Shown: positions 1 to 12,000 of the stretch, piece by piece | Position numbering within the stretch: the first letter of the stretch is position 1 | How the letters are laid out: each line of letters begins with the position of its first letter | NCBI GenBank assembly: GCA_963764165.1 | Contig: CAVXRD010000003.1 | Location: 384,001 to 448,000, forward strand | DNA: 64,000 nucleotides | Origin: an uncultured Verrucomicrobiae bacterium | GTDB taxonomy: Bacteria; Verrucomicrobiota; Verrucomicrobiia; Limisphaerales; Palsa-1400 | Direction of reading: 5' to 3' | The notes under the pieces: generated by a model | What the model saw: only the letters and a program-made list of their open reading frames with translations | Told to the model about the DNA's origin: nothing | Databases searched by the model: none | Program-made: the position numbers and the translations under genes

Positions 1-3000
1 CCGCCCCAAATCTGCGCAGCCCCGTTCGTCATCGCCACGAGATCGAGGTGGCCGGAATTCAAAAAATTGCCAGCCACCACGCGCTGGTAACCGCCGGTCG
101 CCGAGGGAAGTCCGGCCCCGGAGCCAAGCTCAAACGTCGCATCGCCTTGATTGAGCCAGACATGCCCGGCTGTGGAGTCGCCATGCACCACATAGGCGTC
201 GAGCTTGCCGTCGCCGTTAAAGTCGCCCACCGCCACACTGACCGCGTTCGATTCCGGGATGGAAATTCCCGCATTGGCAAAATTGCCTGCGCCTCTGTTT
301 AGCCAGGCCTGTGCGTTGGTTGGCGTCAATACGAATAAATCCATCAGCCCGTCGTTGTTCAAATCGCCCAGCGCGAAATCCGCCGCCGAGGCTGAGTAAG
401 TTGACGCGAGCGCAAAAACGCCGGAGTCCGAATTGGTCCACACTTCAATATTGCCGTTTCGCAGCAGGATCGCATCAAGCAAGCCGGTGCCGCGCACGTT
501 GCCAAGGACGATTTTTGACGCCGCACCGCTGCCAAGAGTCTGGCCGGAATCGCTGAAAGTTCCCGAAATGCCGTTGGTGAGATAGCTGCCCGTGCCATTG
601 TTGGTCAGGATTCGGCAGCCGGTGCTCGTGGAAACGAAGAGGTCGATGGATTTATCGCCATTCAAATCCCCTGCCTGCACAAGATTTGCCGTGTAGTTGC
701 TGGCGGCGTTGATGGGCAGCGCATTGCTAAACGCGCCGTCCCAACTGGAGACGTCATTAAAGAATTCCCACGTTTGAGGAATGGCGGGGAAGCCCTGCGA
801 AGAAAGCACCGACGAACCGACCGTCACAAACACTTGCTCGCCGGGATGCAATCCAAGATTGGGATTCAGATAAATTGTCGATCCGTTCAACGCCAGCGCC
901 CCGTTCCCGAAACTCAAGCGGCCCGATTCCGATCCATAAGCGTCGACGCTTTGGTCGTTGATGGTCGATGTGTTGACCCCGTTCGGCAGCGAAATGGTGA
1001 GCCCTCCAGTCTGTGTAAAAACAGTGTTGGGAGCTGTGCCCGACTCGGCGAGCGTGGGCACAATATAACTGAATGTGGCTGACCCGGATTCGATGCTGCA
1101 GCCGGAAGGATAAGTCGCCTGCATGCGATAAGCATTTCCGTTTTCTGCCGCGCTGGCGGCGAAAGTGAGGTTTGTGGTGGACACGCCCGAGTATGACCCG
1201 GCATTGGGAAGATTCGTAAATGCGCCGCCGCCGATGCTCACCTGCCAGTTGAACGTCGCGCCGCTGGTGGTTGAAACATTCGCGCTAAAGCTGGCGGTCT
1301 GGCCGGAGATGGCCACCACATTGGTCGGTTGGGCGGAGATGGTGAGCACAGTTGACTCCTGCGGCTCATACGCGCCGGGTGTCACGGTGCCGCCGGACAA
1401 TCGAGGCAGTCCCTCCAGATCCGTCGTTGAGGCTCCGGCTTGCGCCACTTGGCCGCTGGCGATCACCGGTGAGCAAGGTGTCAGATGGTAATCGCCGCTG
1501 ATCGTGGGCGCGCCGGCCGGGCTGACAGGCGAGACGAAATAAGGATCGCTGGCAGACTTATTGTTTGGAGCGCCATTGTCCCAGACAATGCAGTTATACA
1601 ACGCGAATCCCACCTGCCCCGGGTAGTAAGTCGTCACGCCGGGGCCGCCGTTGCCAGCAAATGTGCAATTGCGGAAGGTTGCGGTCCCGCTATTGTCGAT
1701 CGCCCCCGCTCCGGCGTTGCCGCTGAACAGACTGTCTTCGAACGTCGCCGTGGGATTATAGCCTTGCGCGCCGATCACGACCGCATTGCCACCAGTGTTC
1801 CCGCGGAAGGCCGAGCGCTGAACCAACAAGGTAAATCCGTGTTGAACCGAAATTGCCGTTGCGTTGCTTTGGAATTGGGAGTCGGTAATGGTGGCCGAGC
1901 CGACATTCAACAGGGCGACGCCTGTTTCAGTTCCAGCAAACAAGCTGCCTGAGATGGTGACATTTCCGATCTGCACATTCACCCCCGCGTTTGCGCCGGT
2001 AAACACTGAATTCTGGACCAGCGCGCTGGCGTTTTGCAGGGAGATGCCCGTGTTTGCGAACGTGTCGTTGGTAAGCGTGAGGGCGGTAAGCGAAGAAGTT
2101 CCGTATACGGCGGCATCGCAATTTGTAAATGTGCAATTGGCGACGGTGACGTTGGTGGCTCCTTCCTCTGCTCCTGTTGCGCCTTCGTTATTGTAGCCGG
2201 AAGTCCACACAATCGCGGAATTCGCGCCGCTCATCTGGAAGCCGTCGATCCGGCCCAGGCTCAAAGGCGTCACGGCGGCTCCAGCCACCGCGTTGAAGCT
2301 GGTTACCGGGAGAGAAAAGATCACGGCGGCCAGGGGGTTGTTGGGCGAATAGGATCCGGTGGGATTCAACACCGTCAGGTTAGTGGTCCAATTCCGCTGG
2401 AGCAGATTGGTTTCGGTTCCATTGAATCCGCCGTAAAGCAATTGCCCGGTATGCAGCGTCCCGCCCTTATATGCGCCAGCCTCGCACCAAATCTCCGTCC
2501 CGGATGGGTCGCACGGAAGGGAGAGCGCGTGAGTGATTGTTTTGAAGGCCGTGGCCCACGTCTGGCCGTCGCCCGAATCATCCGGCATATTGGCATTGAC
2601 GTAATAACGAGTCGGATAAACTTTCAACGCGGCCTCTTGGGACACCGCGACGCAGCCTTCCGAAGTGGTAATCACGCAGCGCGCCAACGCGCCGTTCAGA
2701 TTCAACGGCGGCTGGGTGAGTTCGAGGGTCGCGGACGTTGCTCCGCTGTAAGTCGCGCTATTTGCCACGGGCGCGAATGCAGCCCCGGGCGCGGCCAATT
2801 CCCATTGATAAGTCAACCCGTCGCCAGTGGCCACAACTGAGAATGTATTCGTCGCGTCGGACGCGTAAACCAAACTGAGCGGTTCCGCCGTGATAAGAAG
2901 CGGCGTGGCTGAACCGGAGCCGACTTGATAAGGGCCGAGATCAACGTGGCCACCGGTCAAGCGCGGCTGGCCAGTGAGGTCCACGGAAATGGCCAAGTCA

Positions 3001-6000
3001 TAACCTGCATTGCCTAATCCAAACAGAGGCGAGCAGCCAGCCAATTGAAAATTTCCATTGGTGCTTGGCGCGCTGCCGGCGTCAAGCGGGGCCATAAAGA
3101 TAGGATCCTTGTTGACCAGCGCGCCCCCGCCCAAAATGTGCAACCCTTCAATATCGTCATTGTCCAAGGCAAACAGGTTGGCGTAATTGTTCGTATAGTC
3201 CGAGGCCACCTGCTGTTGTTCTTCGGTCAACGCGGTCGCAACGTTGGTTGGGTCGGATCGGTTCCCCCAAACGACTGAGTTCACCATCGTCAGTGTGAAC
3301 AGGCCGCCTTCCACCACGCCGCCGCCTGCCGCGGTGGCATAATTTCCGGAAATCGTCGAATTCACCGCCGTCGCCTGGCCATCTGCATAGAGACCGCCAC
3401 CCTTCGACGCACGATTGCCTGTCAATAGAACGTCATCGAGCTGGTCGGGCCCGACAATGACATTATAGTAGCCCGCTTCATAGTAGCCCTGGTTCTGCGT
3501 ATAAACTCCGCCGCCGTTTCCGCCCGCGCTGTTCCCTTGCACTGCGGAATTAATCAGCGTCGCACCCGATTCGATCAGGCTAAGGCCGCCGCCCTGGCCG
3601 CCAGCGATGTTGCCCCGCACAACGCAATTGACCAGCGTCACCGGCGATTCAATCAGGCTGACCCCGCCGCCGTTGCCGGCGGTCTGATTGTTGACAATGG
3701 CACAGTTGGTAAATTGCGAACTGGATAATTGGGCCGTCACACCGGAGCCGGCGCAATCGCGGACGATTAGATTTCGCAAGGTCGTCGAGGTGCCAACGAT
3801 CTGCACGCCGCTCGAGCTGATCCCGTTTCCTTCAACGATGAACCCGTCCAGGACAGTCGCTTCGCCATCGAGGGAATTATTGTATTGACCGTCAACTTGC
3901 ACGACCGGGTGGCCGGCGGCATTGGTGAGAATAGTCGGATTGGCATTCCAATCGCGCGCGCTCATGGCCCCGCCGCCCGTTGGAAAACCGCCGTAAATCA
4001 GAAGCCCGTCAGGAATGAAAATATCGTGATAGCCGCTATAGGTTCCCGCAAACGTGCTGCTGGCGCCATAGGTCCCGCTGGCCACGTGAATTTCCGGCTG
4101 GCACGCGCTGGCCGTGTCAATGGCATCCACCAGACTGCGATAGGCATGGGTCCAACTGGTCCCATTTCCGCCGGCGGCCGCGGACGCATCGACGTAAATA
4201 ATGGTATTGGTAGGAACCGTCAACGTGGCGACAGTTGAAGTATAGGATTGCCCAACAAAGATCGCCTGGACTGACAACCCGTTTAGATTGGTCGTGAGCA
4301 GCGGAATGGAAAACGTTCCGACCGAATCGCCACCGGTAAGATTGGTGCTGATGGAAACTGTGGAGCCAGCGATCGTTCCGCCGTTGGTGATGTCGGTCCA
4401 GCCAAGGCCGAGATTATACTGCCATTGGTATACATTGGTCGATCCGCCGACGACTTGGAATTGCGCCGGATCGGCCACGCAGACGTTAGTCGCTTGCGGT
4501 TCAGCCGCAACCAGCACCGCGTTGCGCGCCAGCGGCGATTCAAAAGCGCCGAGGTCGACTGTCCCATCTTGAACGCGGGGATTGCCCGCCAGATCGGTGT
4601 CTCCGCTCTGAACGTAAGCGTTATTGCCGCCATCAATCGCAGGAGAACGGGAACTGAGCGTAAAATCGCCTGCCGCCGCATTGGCAAAGAACGGATTCGC
4701 GGTGAAGGAATTGCCGCCAATGGGCTGGAATTCAAAATTGCAATAATTTGCCGAAACAGTTCCATACGGCACACCTGTGCCGACGTAGGTGTCCCAGATG
4801 ATGCAGTTTTCCAAAGTCGCATAGGCGTACTCGCTGTAGAAAGCGCCAGCGCCGTAGGGCGAGACGTTGTTCGCAAAAGTGCAATTGATGGCCGTGAACT
4901 GGCCTCCGTTGTCGATCGCCCCGCCGTTCTGCGGCGTGGAGTTGCCGTAAAGCAAGCTGTCCATCAAATTAAGCGAGCAGTAAGTGTCGAGAAAAATGGC
5001 GCCGCCGCCGTCCCCCGCCGAATTGCCCGTGAACACACATCGCTGCACCGTGGCGGCGCTGCCGGAGAAGTACTGAAACGAGTCGAGGGCTATTGCGCCG
5101 CCGTTGCCGTAATTCGTATTATTGACGAAACGGCAATCCGCCGCCGTGAGCTGCGAGCCTATCGCGACCACCGATGACTCGGTGCTATTGCTGATCACGC
5201 AATGGCTCAATTGCAAATCCGACTGCAATCCGTAGAACGCCGTCTGGTTGCCAACCAGCACGCAATTGCTGACAAACATGCTGGCCTGAAAATTCGCCAG
5301 GGCAAGATTCGGGAAATTTGAAATGACGCAATTGAGCACCTGCGGGCTGCCAGCGGTGCAGTTGAACGCGCTCTCGGTCCGGGTGCCCGGAAAGACCAAC
5401 CCATCCACAATCGTATGCTGTCCCGGCGGCTCGGCATACGATTGGTTGAATACAGCACCCAACGTATAATTTGGGTTGACCTGAACGAGGGTGGGATAGA
5501 GCGCCGGATTGCGGCTGCCGACGGCTCCGCCGCCGGTTGGGAAGCCGCCCTCAATTTGAACGCCAGCCGTCAGGTCGGCGCTTTGGTTGAAAGTATAGGT
5601 TCCTTGCGCGACATAAATTGCGGTGCAAGGCCCGGCTTGTTCAATGGCCGAGAGAAGGCTTGTGAACGCATCGGCCCAACTGGTACCGTTGTTTGCGCCC
5701 GTTGCATTCTCATCCACATAAACGACGGTCTGTTGAGAGACCGTTACGGTGACCGGAGCGGAGGTGTATTCCACTGAACCCGAGAGCACGAACTCGAATT
5801 GCGTTCCATTGAACGCTTCGTTCAAATTCGAAACCGTCAATGTGGACCCATTCCCCGGCGCGGAGATAGAATATGGGCCTGCGGCAGGCACCGGCCCAAA
5901 CCCTCCGCCCGTATTAACCAGCCATGCCACAGTCATGCTGCCTGCGCCCAGATTGTTCACTGAAAAGACCGCGCTGCTGCCGAGGCACACGTCCTCGGGC

Positions 6001-9000
6001 GAAAAATTGTAGGCCAAATACGCCGGCGTGCTCGCCGTTCCCGCGAACGCGTAAGCGCCCATGTCCACCACTCCTCCGTGGACGCGTGGATTGCCGAGGA
6101 AATCGGTGTCATTCCCCGCGACATTGCCTTGGCTGCCAGATCCGATCGCAGGCGACACCGGGGCCAATTGATAATTGCCGGCCGGTTCATTGACAAATAA
6201 CGGCGCATAGGAAATGTCATCGCGAGTCCAGTCCTGCAATATATCCAGCCCTTGGACAAGGCTGTGATTGATGTAAACACCGGCGTCCGCGCCGTAAACT
6301 TGCACTTGCTCAGTCGTATAGTAGGGCGACGCGCTGGCATTGCCCCAGAAGATGCAGTTGTAGGCGTTAAGCGATCCGCCCTCCAGAAACACCCCTTCGC
6401 CGTTCTGGGCGCCGAAGTTGTCCGCAATCGTATCATTGACAAATAGCATGGCCGTGTCCGACCCAAAAATCGCGGTGGAAAGGACGTTCGCATTGTAGGT
6501 TTGATTGCCCGACACCAGGGAATCCAGCATTGTGACTGATCCATTATATGCATTGATGGCCGGCCCATTGCTGCTGAACTGGCATCGCTCAAGCGTGATC
6601 GCCGAAGAAGACGATTCCATAGCTTCCGCCCCGGGATTATTGACAAACTGGCAGTTGGTAAGGTTTGCCGATGTTTGGTCCGCCAGGAAAAGGTATCCAG
6701 TGTTGCCGGTGAACTCGCATCCCGTCAGACCCAGGTTGGTCGAATACTGCGCAATGATTGTTTCGCTTCCGCTGTTGCCGGCAAAAACGCAGTTGCTCAG
6801 TTGCAACCCGCTCGAAAATTCCGAGTTAACGGCGATTGCGTTGCTGACAAAGAAGCAATTTTGAATCGTGGGCTGCCCGTTGAGCGCCAAAAATCCCGTG
6901 GGCGCCCCGGTGACATAGAATCCGTCCAGCAGCGCGGAATTCGAAACGTTATTGTAGGCCACGAACGCATAGCCACTCGAATCCGCTGTTATCGTGGTGA
7001 CGTTATTGGAATAGTTTCTTTGGGATAGCAATGTCTCACTGCCATTGAAACCGCCGAGTATCTGGACTGTGCTGTTCAGTTGAAGGTCCTCCCCGCCAAC
7101 ATATGTTCCGGCCGCGACCCATATTTGAGCGCACGAAGTGGCCTCGACAGCCGCGACCAGCGACTGATAGGCGGACGCCCAGCTCGTCCCATTGCCACCC
7201 GCTCCCGCTGCCGCGTTGACATAAACCACCGGCTCCTGCGGCGCGGTCAAGGTGACGGGCTGCGTGATATAAGCCCCGTTGTTGACAGAAACGCGGAAGA
7301 CCGAACCGTTAAAGCTCCCAGCGTTGGGGATGAAGAGCACGTTAGTGTTCTGTTCCGCGAGAATCTGCGTCTGCGGCGCAGAATTGATATTAACGAACGA
7401 TGTGCCGTTGAACTGCTGCCATTGATAATAGTTGGGAAAACCCGGAGAGCCTATGATGCTGAAGCTGGCTGCGGAAATCGGGCACGTCGTCAAGTTCGTC
7501 GGCTCGGCGATAAGATAGATTCCGCTTTGCGCAGGCGCGCCAGTCAACTCGTAACAACCCAGATCGGTGCCGCGCCCAGGGCCGGGCCGCGGATTGCCCA
7601 GCAAATCGGCGGAGTCGGCGTTCAATGCCCCGGTGATATATGTTCCGATATTAATCGCGGGTGAATTTGTATTGAGCTGGTAATTGCCAAGAGGCTCGCT
7701 CAGGAAAAGCGGGTCATACGGATACGGGTTGAGGGTGGTGATGGGCGCGCCTTGAATAATCGTGTTGTTGACATTGTAACCCGATGACGACGATGATTGG
7801 TTGTCCAGTTGCGCGGCGAAGACGGATGGCCCGCCTTTGTTGTTCCACAAAATCGAGCTTTCAACTGTGCATCCCGGCGCAGCCAGATACAATCCGCCGC
7901 CCTGCCCGGGCGCGATGTTGTCCGCAATAGTGCAGAAGTCCACGTCGAGGCTGCTCCCGCTGTAAAAAATTCCGCCGCCGTCAAATGTCGACTGGTTGCC
8001 TGCCAGGAGCGAGCTGCCGAGCACCATGTGGGCGCCGCTCTCCACAAAAATCGCGCCGCCGAAGTTGCCCACGTTATTCGTGAATGCGCAGCGCAATACG
8101 GTGGTGGCGGAAGAGTCGAGGGCGTCAATGGCGCCCGCTGACTGGCCTTTGTTATTGTAAAACTGGCAATCCGTAATCTTGGCCAAAGTGCCATTGTGGC
8201 CGTAGGCCAAAATCGCTCCCGGGCCTGAAGCGCTCTTGTTGCCGGAGAACAGGCAACGCTGCACCAGCAAATTCCCCAGGTTGTTTAAGATGGCGGTGTC
8301 GGAGCCATTGAGAAATTGGCATTGGCTGATCAGCACCTGGTTGGTCGAGTTGACTTCCTCCACCACGATAGCCAGCGCGGTGCAATTGGAAAAAATGCAG
8401 TTCTGCAGGATAGGAGTGGATTGCAGGCTCACTGCCTCCTGGTGTCCCGTGTAGTGAATGTAGAAACCATCGATCACCGTCGCCGAAGTAGTTCCTTGTT
8501 CCGCAACGATGACTGGCGTGGTGGAGGACTGCAGATACGTCGGATTCGCGGCCCAGTTTCGCTGGCTCAGATCGGATTCGCTGCCGGAAAAACCACCGTA
8601 AATCTGCACGCCATTAAATGGGATGAATCCGCCCGCAGGAGCCGTGTAGCTCCCTTGCGCGACCCAAATCTGGCCGCAGGAGATGGCGCTGTTTACCGCC
8701 GTCGTGAGCGACGTCATCGCGTTGGCCCAGCTTGTCCCGTCGCCAGCGCCACCCGTCACGTTTTGATTGACATAAATGATGGAGTGAAACGGCGGCAGGA
8801 CAAAATTCGAAGGTATGATGACTTCTCCCATGTTTGGATTCGAAATAATTCGATACAAATACTGGCCGCTGCTTGTGGGCGGATGGGTAAGAGTAATCGT
8901 CGGCGAGTTGACTCCGCTGGTCATGGCGTCATTCGCCAGCGGCACGAAGCCATTTCCATCAAGGCGATTGACCTGCCATTGGTAATACCCGGAAGGCAGA

Positions 9001-12000
9001 GAACCGGCTGAAATTGAAGCTGTGATTTCAAAACTTGGCAAGCCGTCACAAAATTCCGAATAGGAATAGGAAGTCGTTACATGCGACTGATAACCCATGA
9101 TGGCCGGATGTTCGTAAGCGCCGATGTCGATGGCGCCATTAACAACACGCGGATTTCCGGCCACATCCGTCGAGGACAATGCTATCGGGTAACCAATCAG
9201 GGTGCCCGTGTTAATGGCCGGTGAGTTGTTGCTGAGCGTCAGGTTGCCGATCGAAGGGTTTGCAAATTCAGGATTGGCATCGAAAGAGCCGGACTGCGGC
9301 AGCAATGTCAACCCCTGGACGATGCTGTTTTGAACGAGGCCTCTCGCCGCCGAAGTCAGTCCGCGAAATTGCTGGTACTCCACCGAAAGACCGCCGGGAG
9401 ATGTCAGCGAATTGCCCACGAGAATGCTGTTCATCACCTGGCAATTGCTGTTGCCAGTGAAATTCACACCGGCGCTTCCCATTCCCGGGGCCCCGGTCAG
9501 CGTGTTGGAAACAATGGTGCAGTTATAGAGGGCAAGCTCCGTCGCGCCCGCGTATACGGCCCCACCCACGCCGGCCCCGGAATTGCGGAAGAATTCAGAA
9601 TCGTAAATCGTGGTGATCGTCCCCGAGGCGATATCGACCACACTCGTGTTGGTCGAACTGTTGGTGGCGAAGAGGCAGTTGCCGATCGCCAAAATTGGCG
9701 CCGTGCTCATCAGTGAAGCGCCATTGGTATTGCCCACAAACTCGCAGCCGTAAAATGTGACTGAACCGCTGGACGGAGCGCCAGCCACGGCCACCGTGCC
9801 GCCGTCGCCCGCAAAAGTGCAATTGATGGCGGAGCCGTTGTTCAAGTTCAAGCAACTGACGCCGCCCGAAGACACAGGCGCGTTAGACGCAAACAAACAC
9901 CCGTTCAAGCTGCTGTTAGTCGTCGCCAGGGCCTGCAAGCCAGAATTCCGCGTGAACTGGCAATCCTCGGCCAAACTCGAGCTCAGGATCATCACGGCGG
10001 AATCGTTCGGCCCCAGGGCATCTTGCGTAAATTGGCAGTTGGTAATGACGCTGTCCTGCAGGCTTGCGCAAACTCCCTGGTCCTTAAAAGCGCAGGCGTA
10101 AACGGTCGAGCCGCCAGCCGCGTTAAGAGATGGGCCGGATTGGTACTGGAAGTTGCAATCGCTTAGCTCGCTGGAGTAAATACTGGCGCCGGAAAACGGC
10201 GACGTGCTGTTTGTCTTGTTGCTTTCGAAAAAGCAGCCACTGATGCCGCCACCGGAGACGTAGACCGGCAAGGAGTTGTTGCCGGTAAAGCTGCAGCTTT
10301 GCGCTTCAGAGTCAAAAAGCACCAATATGCCCAGCGAATTGCCGTTGGCCTGATTGTTGTTAAATGTGCAATTGAGAAATAAAGAGTTCTCACCAACGGC
10401 GGACGCGCCAAGGTTGTTGTTGAATTGACAATTTGAAACTATCGTGGAGCCGTATGCTTCCAGCAGTGCCGTGGCATTGTCATTTCCTTGCGCGCCATTT
10501 TGGAATGTCAGTCCAGTTACCAATATAGGTTGGTTCGTCGTGTAAGCGATCAATAGCCGTGACTTATTTCCTCCACCGTCGATAATGGTCGGATATTCCT
10601 GCGGATTGCTGTCCGTGATTAAAAATGATCCTTCCGGAACGCCGCCAACCACGGACATGCCTGACTGAACAGTCATTGGGACGGTCGGCTTGTAAGTTCC
10701 GGCAGCCACCCAAACGGTACCGTTGGCCACCAGGTTTGTGGGAATGGCGGGGAAGTTTGTGTATGCCTTGTCCCACGAACTGCCGTCGCCAGGAGGATAG
10801 GTGCTGGCGTTGATATAATAGTTGCTGATGGGTCCCTCAGCGGGAGGTGGGGCTGGAGGAACGTAGTTGCTGACGGCAGCAACGAGGTTGCTGGTGAACG
10901 GGTTGAAGCTGGTGGCCGAGTAGTTGCTGAGGCTGGCGGTGAGACTGCTGGTGAATGGGTTATAGCCGCTGGCCAAGCCTGCCCCTGACACTTCCACAGC
11001 GCCCATGTCCACTTTCCCATTGTCCACACGCGGGTTGCCATATAAATCCTTGCCGGTAATGGACCAGTTCCGGTAACCATTGTTCAGCAGCGAGACGTCG
11101 CCGGCGTTGAGCGCGGGCGAGCCAAAGGAAGGCGCCACCCCATCCCCGGAGATAGCTGGGTTTTGGGCCGTGTTCCCGAACGCGCGATTCGTCAAGGTCT
11201 CACGCATCCCCTGCCCGACGTTGAACACCTCCGCTTGAACAAGCGCACCTAATTGGTCGACGCCGTAGTTGTAATTTTCGAAATCGTCCTGGCCCAGTAC
11301 GATCTCCGTTTCGCTCTGAATAAGCGAATAATGGACGTCGCACATGCCTATCCACGCCCAATGAGAATCGCCCGCCTGGTTGTAGGAGTCCAAGCCTTTG
11401 CCGCTCAGCGTGCTGGAGGTGGATGTAGAAATGTCCGCGCCATCACGATAGAATTGATCGCCGTTGAGCAGCGTCACCAAATTAGAGTTGCCCCAGAAAA
11501 TGCTATTTCCGATAAACGTGTCCGCGCCAAGTTCATTATCAACCGCGCAGCCATTGGTGGCGCTCACGTTGTCAAGAAACGAGCAATTCAAGATTTGCGG
11601 CTCAACCCGAAACTCATTCGCCACGGCGCTGATTCCGTTGACGCTTTCATTCCGAACAAACGCGTCGCTGACGAGAATCGGCTGGCAGAAGCAAGTGAAC
11701 ATCGCAGCTCCTCCGGTTAGAGTCGCCCTGTTGTGGTCAAACCGGCAGTCCTCCATCGTCACATTGTCGTATTCGGCCATGATGGCCCCGCCGCAGCCTT
11801 CAGTTTGATTGGTCTCAAATTGGCAAAACGTAAACGCCGTCCGAGCTTGGTAGTAGGACTCCGGGCCGAAGGTCTGATTGAACCCAAGCTGATTATAGTT
11901 GAGCTGGTCGGCAACCCGCAATGCCTGTGCCTGGCTCTCGTAACTCGGCGCCGGCGGAGCCTCCAAGGCAGCGACGTAATTATACAACAAGGTGGCCCAC

